A stretch of 64,000 nt of DNA from positions 1,556,458 through 1,620,457 of the forward strand of contig JADJQW010000002.1 in NCBI GenBank assembly GCA_016712535.1, given 5' to 3'. Positions within the stretch are counted from its first letter, which is position 1. Each line of letters begins with the position of its first letter. The notes beneath the pieces are model-generated. The model was not told the origin of the DNA, made no database searches, and saw only the letters and a program-made list of their open reading frames with translations. This DNA is from Flavobacteriales bacterium (GTDB taxonomy: Bacteria > Bacteroidota > Bacteroidia > Flavobacteriales_F > PHOS-HE28). Made by a program: the position numbers and the translations under genes. Below, piece by piece: positions 45,917-54,390 of this stretch.

Positions 45917-46858
45917 ATGCGCCTCCTTACGCTCTCCATTGCCATTTCGCTCGCCGCCGCAACGTCGGCACAGCCCACGCTCACGCAGGCCACCAACGGC
46001 TTCACCATTGGCCAGAGCTATGCGCTGAATTACAGTCCATACGCCCTGCCGGGCCTGACCGGCCCCGATCAGGTCTGGGACTTCTCCGCGCTCGCCGTGG
46101 ACAGCAGCACCTTCATCCAGTGGGTGGATCCGGCCACCACCACCAGTGGCGCGCTGTTCCCCGTGGCCAGCATCGCCGAGGAATGGAACGTGGTCTCCTT
46201 CAGCGACCAGGATGCCACCGGCCTCTACGTGCACGGAAGTGATGAGCAGGGCACGGTGGTGGCGCTCAGCGATACGCGCCGCGCGCTGGCCTGGCCCTTC
46301 ACTTACACCAATACGTGGACAGACGATTACGCGGGCACCTATTCCGTGGCGGGCTTCGACGTGACGCGCACCGGCACCTACAACGGCGAGGCAGATGCCT
46401 ACGGTACCTTGCAGATGCCATGGGGCAGCGTGGAGGATGCGCTGCGCATCCACATCACCGCCGCGCAGAGCGACGAGTCGCTCTTCGCCACCATCACGCA
46501 GGACATCGACTCCTATCAGTGGTTCGTGGCGGGCGAGCCGTGGCCGGTGCTCGAAGTGGTGAGCACCACGATCACCTCGCCGCTCGGGCCCATCGAGACC
46601 AGCTATACGCTGTGGATGAACGATGCGGTGACCGGCATTGGGGCACCACGGCCATCACCGGTCACGCTCACCGCGCGCCTGCTCCCGAGCGGTACGGGCT
46701 ACGCGTTCAGCCGCGCCGTGAGCGGCGTGCTGCTCGATGACGCTGGCCGCACGGTGCGCACGCTGGGCCGCGCCATGGTGCTGGAGCTCGACGGACTTGC
46801 GCCGGGCCTCTACCTGCTCCGCGCTGACGATGGCGCCACGGTGCGCCTTGTGCGCTGA
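45917..46858 (+). CDS. secreted hypothetical protein with T9SS sorting-domain-like C-terminus
   Basis: 'MRLLTLSIAISLAAATSAQP' signal peptide. C-terminus '...LELDGLAPGLYLLRADDGATVRLVR'. Confidence 0.5.
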   Translation: MRLLTLSIAISLAAATSAQPTLTQATNGFTIGQSYALNYSPYALPGLTGPDQVWDFSALAVDSSTFIQWVDPATTTSGALFPVASIAEEWNVVSFSDQDATGLYVHGSDEQGTVVALSDTRRALAWPFTYTNTWTDDYAGTYSVAGFDVTRTGTYNGEADAYGTLQMPWGSVEDALRIHITAAQSDESLFATITQDIDSYQWFVAGEPWPVLEVVSTTITSPLGPIETSYTLWMNDAVTGIGAPRPSPVTLTARLLPSGTGYAFSRAVSGVLLDDAGRTVRTLGRAMVLELDGLAPGLYLLRADDGATVRLVR

Positions 46859-47101
46859 GCAGGAGCGGAGCGCGTTTCGGAGCGGCTGCGATCGTTCTTT
46901 CATGGTTGAGACCGTGGATTCGTGGGTCCGCAACCGCCGTTCATGGACCGGGCGCAGCGCTCAGGGCCTGCGCAATACGCCCGCGTGCAGGCAGGGCCTG
47001 ATGGGTGAGCTGTTCTATTCAACGAGTCCCTGCTGTTACGTCACGCCTCAGGCGTAGAAGGGCCGTCCTTCCGGAAGGCCCTTGTTGCTCGACGCATGCG
47101 C

Positions 47102-48769
47102 TCAGCCCTTGCGGAACCACTTCAGGATTCCGGAGCCTTTTTCCTCGGGCTTCTTAGGTGCCTTCTTCGTGCTCTCTTCATCGAAGATCTCCTTGGTCAG
47201 CTTCGCGTAGTCGGGTTTGCCGGCATTGTGGCGGTTCTCGCTCGGCCGGTTGTCGGTGCGCGGCTGTTGCGGGCGGCTTTCGTGATTGCCATCGGGACGT
47301 TGCCGCCCACGGTCGTTGCGGCGATCGCCATTGCGCGCTTGCTGCGGACGGTCGTTGCGCGGCTCATTCGAGCGCGGGTGCTGCGGGCGATTGCCGCGTG
47401 ACTCGTTGGAACGCCCATGCTGGGGGCGTTGCTCACGGTGCTGGCCTTCGTTCGGCGACGGGCTGCGCTGTCCATCGCGGCGTTCGCTGATGCGCCCGGC
47501 CGATGCGCGCTGCTGGCGCCCATCGTTGCGGTCGCCGCCGGAGCGCGATCGCTGGTTGCCGCCGCGCCCGGGTCCGCGTGGCTGGCGCGGCTCGCGCACT
47601 TCGGGCTCGGCCTTCTTCGGCCCGCCGGTCATCACGAACGGGTGGTCGGCGAGCACGGGCACTTCGCGCTTGATCAGTCGCTGGATGTCGCGCAAGTACT
47701 CCTTCTCCTCATGATCGCAGAAGGAGAGGGCCTTGCCGCTTGCGCCGGCGCGGCCGGTGCGGCCGATGCGATGCACGTAGGTCTCGGGGATGTTCGGGAT
47801 GTCGAAGTTGATCACGTGCGTGAGGCCGTCGATGTCGATGCCGCGAGCAGCGATATCCGTGGCCACCAAGGCGCGTAGCTTGCCTTCCTTGAAGCTCTTC
47901 AGCGCACTTTGCCGAGCGCTCTGGCTCTTGTTCCCGTGGATGGCCTCGGCACCGATGCCGGCCTGGTTGAGCACCTTGGCCACCTTGTTGGCTCCGTGCT
48001 TGGTACGGGTGAAGATCAGCGCTTCGCGGATGGCTTCGCCTTCGAGCAGATGGAGCAGCAGCTTGTTCTTGTCCGTGCGGTCCACGAAGAGCACTTGCTG
48101 ATCGATGGTCTCGGCGGTGGTGCTCTGCGGGACCACTTCCACCTTCACTGGGTTGGTAAGGATGCTGTTGGCCAGCTTGGCGATCTCTGGCGGCATGGTC
48201 GCGCTGAAGAAGAGCGTCTGCCGCTTCGCGGGCAGCTTGGCGATCACCTTCTTCACATCGTGGATGAAGCCCATGTCGAGCATGCGGTCGGCCTCATCGA
48301 GCACGAAGATCTCCAGCCCATTCAAGTGCACATAGCCCTGGCCCATGAGGTCGAGCAAACGGCCCGGCGTGGCCACCACGATGTCCACCCCGCGGTGCAG
48401 GGCATCGGTCTGCGGCTTCTGGCCCACGCCACCGAAGATCACGGTGTGCTTCAGGTTCAGATGGCGGCCATAGGAGCTGAAGCTCTCCCCGATCTGGATG
48501 GCCAGTTCGCGGGTAGGGGTGAGGATCAATACGCGGATCGCCTTCTTGGGCCCAGTTGCCGGCTTCTGGTGGAGCTCCTGCAGGATCGGGATGGCGAAGG
48601 CCGCCGTTTTCCCCGTGCCCGTTTGCGCGCAGCCGAGCAGATCGCGTCCTTGATTCAGGTGCGGGATGGCCTGTTGCTGGATAGGGGTGGGGTGGGTGTA
48701 GCCTTCTTCTTGAAGGGCTTTGAGAATGGGCTCGATGAGCCCCAGTTCGTTGAACGTGGTACGTTCCAT
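47102..48769 (-). CDS. DEAD-box ATP-dependent RNA helicase with Arg/Gly/Asp/Asn-rich C-terminal tail
   Basis: Q-motif 'FNELGL...TPIQQQAIP', 'AQTGTGKT', 'DEAD', 'SAT' and '[10 protein letters not shown]'. ~170-aa low-complexity basic tail. Confidence 0.9.
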   Translation of the reverse strand: MERTTFNELGLIEPILKALQEEGYTHPTPIQQQAIPHLNQGRDLLGCAQTGTGKTAAFAIPILQELHQKPATGPKKAIRVLILTPTRELAIQIGESFSSYGRHLNLKHTVIFGGVGQKPQTDALHRGVDIVVATPGRLLDLMGQGYVHLNGLEIFVLDEADRMLDMGFIHDVKKVIAKLPAKRQTLFFSATMPPEIAKLANSILTNPVKVEVVPQSTTAETIDQQVLFVDRTDKNKLLLHLLEGEAIREALIFTRTKHGANKVAKVLNQAGIGAEAIHGNKSQSARQSALKSFKEGKLRALVATDIAARGIDIDGLTHVINFDIPNIPETYVHRIGRTGRAGASGKALSFCDHEEKEYLRDIQRLIKREVPVLADHPFVMTGGPKKAEPEVREPRQPRGPGRGGNQRSRSGGDRNDGRQQRASAGRISERRDGQRSPSPNEGQHREQRPQHGRSNESRGNRPQHPRSNEPRNDRPQQARNGDRRNDRGRQRPDGNHESRPQQPRTDNRPSENRHNAGKPDYAKLTKEIFDEESTKKAPKKPEEKGSGILKWFRKG

Positions 48770-49108
48770 AGGTATGCGCCGAAGGCTCGGCGCCAGCATG
48801 TTGCAGTGCAATCAAGCCATTGACCTTGATCACACCTGTTGAGGTGATTCGATTGCCCCGGGGTATCGTGTCCGGCGTTCAATGCTCCGCTGGGAGATCG
48901 CGCCTGGACAGGTCATCCGTGACTCCCGTCACGGGGAAAAGCTGGGCGCTTGGGGCGTGCGCGCCTTTCGGCGAACGGGGGCGAATGTAGGTTGCTGTGC
49001 ACGAATTCGCTGACAGCGGTTGATAACGGCACCGGAAACCCGTTGCGTGGCATGCTTGGCTGGCGTTATTTTGCGTGCTGTTCCAACGGACAACCAACTT
49101 CCTTTTCC

Positions 49109-52100
49109 ATGTGCCTCCAAAACTCGTTGCGGTCATTGGCCGCGCGCTGTGCCATTTTAGCCGCATGCGCTCTTCCCATGGTCCTGCATGCGCAGGACAT
49201 CGCCGATAAGTTCAATCGGGCCAATAGCAATACCGTTGGCGGCGGTTGGGGTGAAACTGAGACCGGTGCAGCGGGCGCAGCGGTGGATGGCAGTGAATTG
49301 CGGTTGCAGGAGCCGAGCAACAATGCCGGCCGGGAGTTCGTGTCCCAAGCCACCCCTGGCAGCTACAGCACCACTTTGAATCAGAATAACTGCGTGCTCA
49401 CTTGGGCGTTCAACATGCGGCAGACCCGTACGGACCCGAGTGGCTTCGATGCGTCGAACTACGGGGTGGCCGTGGTGCTGGCCGGTTCTGCCAGCGACCT
49501 GACCACAGGACAAGGCTACGCTGTTGTGCTCGGTCAATCCGGCGGCACGGACGCCATCCGATTGGTGCGTTACAATGGCGGCCTCGACCTCAACTCGAAC
49601 CTGACCAACATCGTTAGTGCCAGTGATTTCGGTGCGAACTACCTGGACGTGCGCGTGACCTACACACCATCCACGGACACCTGGCAGCTTTTCTACCGGG
49701 ACAATGGCGCGAATGTGTTATTTGGACAACAGGCTTCTTGGAGCAATCCGCTCACCGCGAGTACATCCGCTGGGTCGGCGGTCGATGCAACGTATACTGG
49801 AACGGCACTGGGCCAGATCGGTGTGCTCTGGAATCACGGAAACGTGGATGGCGACTTCGCGCGGGTCGACAATTTCTACGTTCCATCAGGGAGGCCCAGC
49901 CTGCCCGTCATCACGCCTTCGAGCGCCACCATCTGCAACGGAGGATCCGTTGGGCTGAGCGCCGCTTCAACTTCGACCTCATTGACCCGCGTCACCGTGA
50001 ACAGCTCCGGTGGTCCGGCCACGGTAACGGGAGGGCCGGTGAACGCGACCATTTACCCATGGACAACCGCGGTGAGCGGCTTGCCCACCAGCGGCGTCAC
50101 CTTGGAGTCTGTGACCATCAACGGAGTCGGCCACACCTATCCAGATGATATCGACATCCTGCTGCAATCACCGACAGGAACGAACGTGATCCTGATGTCG
50201 GACGCTGGCGATGCCGACGACATCACCGGGCGGACGTTCACGTTCATGGATGGATCACCTGCTGCGACGGACAACCCGCCCTTTGGCAGTACGCTCGCCA
50301 GTGGACTCTATGCTCCAACGAACTATGGCACCCCTGATGATTGGCCAACGGCGCCAGGGCCGGGCAGCTTCACGCAAACAACACCGTTGCTCTCCCTCTT
50401 CACCGGCAATCTTAATGGTGACTGGGATCTCCTGATCCGCGACGATGCTGGAGGTGATAATGGCACGTTCGGCAGCTGGAGCCTGACCTTCACTTACACC
50501 TCTACGGTTAGCTATACCTGGACCCCGGCAACCGGATTGAGCAGTACGACCACGGCCGCGACCACGGCCTCGCCCACTTCGACGCAGGTGTACACGGTTA
50601 CCGCGGCCCATTCGGCGAATGCCTGCACGCAGAGCGCGAATGTGACCGTGACGGTAGTGGATCCACCCACCACCGCAACAGTCGGCGGCCCGCAAACTGT
50701 TTGCGAGCTGGGCACCACCACGGGACTCGGCGGCAATACGCCCGGGGTTGGCACCGGTGCATGGAGCGTGGTTAGCGGAGGCTCGGGAACCTTTAGCAAC
50801 AATACCGACCCGGATGCCACATTCACGCACACCGGAGGTGCTGGGCCTGTCGTTGTAAGATGGACGATTTCCACGTCCGCGCCATGTCCGCCGAGCACGG
50901 CCGATGTGAGCATCACGATCACCCCGGCACCGACCACGGCCACTGTGGGCGGCAGCCAGACCGTTTGTGAGAATGGCACTACGGCCGGCCTGGGCGGCAA
51001 TACGCCGGTGAATGGCACGGGCGCTTGGAGCGTGGTGAGCGGCGGAACCGGATCATTCAGCAACGCCGCGGACCCCAATGCCACCTTCACGCATGCGGCA
51101 GGAGCAGGGCCAGTGGTCGTGCGCTGGACCATCAGCAACGCTCCTTGCACGCCTTCCACGGCCGACGTCTCCATCACCATCACCCCGAGCCCGACCACCA
51201 GCGCTGCCGGATCCGACCAAAGCATCTGCAATCAACCCGGCACAGCCACCATGGCTGCGAATGCACCGGGCATTGGTACGGGCCTTTGGAGCCAGGTGAG
51301 CGGTCCTGCGGCAACCATCACCACCCCGGCTTCGCCCACGACCACGATCACCGGCATGACCACGCCGGGCAGCTACGTCTTCCGCTGGACCATCAGCAAC
51401 GCACCCTGCACAGCGAGTGAGGATGATGTCACCATCACCACAGCGGTGTGCGCCTATTACAGCCGCGCCACGGGCAACGTCACGGATCCCATTTGGAGCG
51501 ATACGCCAACTGGCACGGCCGGCGCCGCGACCTTCGGCAGCGCGGTGAGCATGGTCGTGCAGAGCCCCGACGTGGTGACCAACGATGCGAACACCACCGT
51601 GAATGACCTTACCGTGGATGCTGGTGGCGAGCTCGTTCTCGCCGCGAGCGTGTTCCTGGCAGCCGATGGTGATGCGGTGGATATCAATGGCGATCTCACA
51701 GCCGACGATAACAGCCTGCTGGTGCTCAGCCCATCAGTGGCCAGCACCTTCGACCTCGCCAGCGCCACGAGTCTTTGGGATTTGACCATCGACGCCGATG
51801 TGAGCACCACGCTCACGGGCGCCTTGAGCATCAGAGGATCATTGGATCTGCTCGATGGGGACTTCGATTGCACGGCCAACCAGGTCACCTTGGCCAGCGG
51901 TGCCGGCTACACGGGCCGTTTGGGACCTGTTGCGGCCACAGCGGATTATCTGGGCAACATGCGGATCGAGCGCTACCGGCCGGCGGGCCTGACGAACTGG
52001 ATGCTCTTGGGCAGCCCGATCAGCAGCCGGAATGTGGTGCATTGGCAGGATGATTTCATCACCGCCGGGTATCCGGGATCCCAATTCCCGAACTTCGATA

Positions 52101-53560
52101 ACCCGGTTGGCAGCAACATCCTGTGGCCGAGCGTGCGCTGGTACGATGAGACGGACCCCGGCGCGGGCAACGTCGATGGGATGCAGGGTGTGAGCAGCAA
52201 CCTGCAGCCGCTCTCCATCGGGCAGGGCTTCGCGGTGTGGGCGGGCTCGGGGCTGGTGAACACCACGGCCTTCACGGTCGATCTGCAGAACAACGTGCCG
52301 GTGATCGCCAGCACGCCGATCACGCTTCCCATGAGCCACACCAGCACGGGCAATCCCACCGTCGATGGCTGGAACCTGGTGAGCAACCCGGTGCCGAGCC
52401 CGATCGACTTCGAGGGCATGAGCCTGGGCGCGGATGTATCGCAATCCGTGACCTACTACAACCCGGCGAATGGCAATACCGCGGCTTATGACCGAGTGAC
52501 GGACATCGGCACCAACGGGGGCACGCGCTACATCCAGAGCATGCAGGGCTTCCTGCTGAAGGCCAACGGCCCAGCGGTGACCACCACGGTGAGCGAGGCC
52601 GACAAGGCCAGCACCAACAGCGGGGGCATGTTCGGCCTGAACGGCGATGGCCCCGAGCTGATCCGCCTGAGCATCGGCAGCGACCTGAATGATTTCCGGG
52701 ACGAGGCGGTGGTGCATTTCCTTGCGGGCAGCGAAGGGCTGGATGACACGGATGTGCTGAAGTACACGCTCGGGCATGACGATGCCCCCCAATTGAGCAC
52801 CCTCATCGGTGGGTCCGAGGTGGCCATTGATGCGCATGGGCCGCTCGAAGGCGCGATCAGCATCCCGCTCCGCGTGAACGCGGGCATCACCGGCACATAC
52901 TCGATCAGCGCCGATGTGATGGGCGGCCTTTCGCTCAACTGCCTGTCCATAGAGGACCTGGAGACGGGCATCACGGCAAGCCTGCTGAATGGTGCGGCCT
53001 ATGGCTTCACTTTGGCCGCTGAGGCCGACCCTGCTGTCGCGCGCTTCGTGCTGCACATCAACAACGGCCCGGTGGCGGCGTTCACGGTGGATAATAATGT
53101 GGTGACGGTGGGCCAGCAAGTGCAGTTCACGGCTACGAGCACCACCGGCAGCTATGCCTGGACCTTCGGCGATGGCAACCAGAGCACTGATCAGAATGCG
53201 CAGCACGCATATGCTGCAGCGGGCACCTACACGGTGACCCTCACCACGGACGATGGCGTGTGCAGCAGCAGCGCCATTGGCGAGGTCACGGTTGAGCTGA
53301 GCACCTCGGTGGCCGCGGCCTCCAAGGCCGAGCACCGCGCATGGGCCACCCCGCAGGGCATCGTTGTGGAGCACGCCTTCACCGGCAAGGCAGCGGTAAC
53401 GGTTGAGTTGCTGGATGCCACGGGCCGTATAGCCTACACGGGCCGCATGAACGCCAATCGCCAGGTGCTGCCCAGCGCGCAACTGGCCAACGGAGCCTGG
53501 TTCGTGCGCTTGGACAATGGCTTCGAGCGCGTGACGCTCCGGGTGCCGCTGGCCCGCTGA
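49109..53560 (+). CDS. giant secreted protein: lectin-like N-domain, proprotein-convertase P-domain-like module, 4 tandem Ig-like repeats, PKD domain, T9SS type-A C-terminal sorting domain
   Basis: Signal peptide 'MCLQNSLRSLAARCAILAACALPMVLHAQD'. 'VTLESVTINGVGHTYPDDIDILLQSPTGTNVILMSD' is P-domain-like. There are four ~90-aa repeats 'TTATVGG.QTVCE.GTT.GLGGNTP..GTGAWSVVSGG.G.FSN..DP.ATFTH..GAGPVVVRWTIS..PC.PSTADVSITITP.PTT'. 'WTFGDGN' is a PKD signature. C-terminus '...NGAWFVRLDNGFERVTLRVPLAR'. Confidence 0.75.
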   Translation: MCLQNSLRSLAARCAILAACALPMVLHAQDIADKFNRANSNTVGGGWGETETGAAGAAVDGSELRLQEPSNNAGREFVSQATPGSYSTTLNQNNCVLTWAFNMRQTRTDPSGFDASNYGVAVVLAGSASDLTTGQGYAVVLGQSGGTDAIRLVRYNGGLDLNSNLTNIVSASDFGANYLDVRVTYTPSTDTWQLFYRDNGANVLFGQQASWSNPLTASTSAGSAVDATYTGTALGQIGVLWNHGNVDGDFARVDNFYVPSGRPSLPVITPSSATICNGGSVGLSAASTSTSLTRVTVNSSGGPATVTGGPVNATIYPWTTAVSGLPTSGVTLESVTINGVGHTYPDDIDILLQSPTGTNVILMSDAGDADDITGRTFTFMDGSPAATDNPPFGSTLASGLYAPTNYGTPDDWPTAPGPGSFTQTTPLLSLFTGNLNGDWDLLIRDDAGGDNGTFGSWSLTFTYTSTVSYTWTPATGLSSTTTAATTASPTSTQVYTVTAAHSANACTQSANVTVTVVDPPTTATVGGPQTVCELGTTTGLGGNTPGVGTGAWSVVSGGSGTFSNNTDPDATFTHTGGAGPVVVRWTISTSAPCPPSTADVSITITPAPTTATVGGSQTVCENGTTAGLGGNTPVNGTGAWSVVSGGTGSFSNAADPNATFTHAAGAGPVVVRWTISNAPCTPSTADVSITITPSPTTSAAGSDQSICNQPGTATMAANAPGIGTGLWSQVSGPAATITTPASPTTTITGMTTPGSYVFRWTISNAPCTASEDDVTITTAVCAYYSRATGNVTDPIWSDTPTGTAGAATFGSAVSMVVQSPDVVTNDANTTVNDLTVDAGGELVLAASVFLAADGDAVDINGDLTADDNSLLVLSPSVASTFDLASATSLWDLTIDADVSTTLTGALSIRGSLDLLDGDFDCTANQVTLASGAGYTGRLGPVAATADYLGNMRIERYRPAGLTNWMLLGSPISSRNVVHWQDDFITAGYPGSQFPNFDNPVGSNILWPSVRWYDETDPGAGNVDGMQGVSSNLQPLSIGQGFAVWAGSGLVNTTAFTVDLQNNVPVIASTPITLPMSHTSTGNPTVDGWNLVSNPVPSPIDFEGMSLGADVSQSVTYYNPANGNTAAYDRVTDIGTNGGTRYIQSMQGFLLKANGPAVTTTVSEADKASTNSGGMFGLNGDGPELIRLSIGSDLNDFRDEAVVHFLAGSEGLDDTDVLKYTLGHDDAPQLSTLIGGSEVAIDAHGPLEGAISIPLRVNAGITGTYSISADVMGGLSLNCLSIEDLETGITASLLNGAAYGFTLAAEADPAVARFVLHINNGPVAAFTVDNNVVTVGQQVQFTATSTTGSYAWTFGDGNQSTDQNAQHAYAAAGTYTVTLTTDDGVCSSSAIGEVTVELSTSVAAASKAEHRAWATPQGIVVEHAFTGKAAVTVELLDATGRIAYTGRMNANRQVLPSAQLANGAWFVRLDNGFERVTLRVPLAR

Positions 53561-53651
53561 GCCGAACAGGACTGGATCATGGCGAGGCCCTCAAAGGAGG
53601 GCCTCGCTTCATTCAGGGGCAACGCATCCGCCCGTACTTTGCGCCTCCTCC

Positions 53652-54128
53652 ATGGACCACCTGCTCGAAAGCGCCATCCGCATCGCCGCCAAGGTGCACA
53701 AGGGCCAGACCGACCGCTTCGGCAAGCCCTACATCCTGCATGTGATGCGTGTGATGATGCGCGGACAGGAATTCGATGAGCAGGTGCTCGGCGCCCTGCA
53801 CGATGTGCTCGAGCGATCGGAGCTGACCATGGCCGAGCTCGAGAAGAAAGGCTTCCCGCCCCGCGTGCTCAAGGCATTGGACGCGATCACGCGCCGCGCT
53901 GACGAGACCTATGAGCAGTACATCGACCGCGTGGTGGAGGACTCGCTGGCCATCCGCGTGAAGATCAACGACCTCGCGGACAAGATGGACCTCCTGCATG
54001 TGGAGCAGCTGGACCCCAGTGACCTGAAGCGCTACAACAAGCAGCTGGCCGCCTACCACCGCATGAAGAAGCTGGTGCAGATGGCCAAGGCCCGCATGAG
54101 CGTGCCGGTGGAGAGCAAGCGCGCCTGA
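53652..54128 (+). CDS. HD-domain protein (small RelA/SpoT-hydrolase-like)
   Basis: 'YILHVMRV' and 'LGALHDVLE' His/Asp metal-binding blocks, 158 aa. Confidence 0.6.
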   Translation: MDHLLESAIRIAAKVHKGQTDRFGKPYILHVMRVMMRGQEFDEQVLGALHDVLERSELTMAELEKKGFPPRVLKALDAITRRADETYEQYIDRVVEDSLAIRVKINDLADKMDLLHVEQLDPSDLKRYNKQLAAYHRMKKLVQMAKARMSVPVESKRA

Positions 54129-54289
54129 GAGCCTGTTTTGGATCTCTTCAAACTCGGCCTCCGTGCTCTTTTCCGTCCATACCTCGCCTGAAAATGATCC
54201 CGTAGACACCGCTACGCGATGATTTTCAGGCTTCGTCTGACCGAAAAATAGCCTCGGAGTCCATCGTTCAAGAGATCCCAAACAGGCTC
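54129..54289. repeat. ~160-bp nested imperfect inverted-repeat element (long stem-loop)
   Basis: The outer arms 54129..54153 'GAGCCTGTTTTGGATCTCTTCAAAC' and 54265..54289 'CGTTCAAGAGATCCCAAACAGGCTC' match 23/25 as reverse complements. An inner arm pair is 'CCTGAAAATGATC' (54187..54199) and 'GATGATTTTCAGG' (54218..54230). The intervening segments are also partly complementary. Confidence 0.7.
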
Positions 54290-54390
54290 AAAGCCTGACG
54301 CCATTCCATCGTGCTTCGTCGAACCGCGACAGAGGCCTTGTGGCATTGCATGTCGCGTCTTGGTACTTTTCCGTCCTTGGCCCTGAACAC

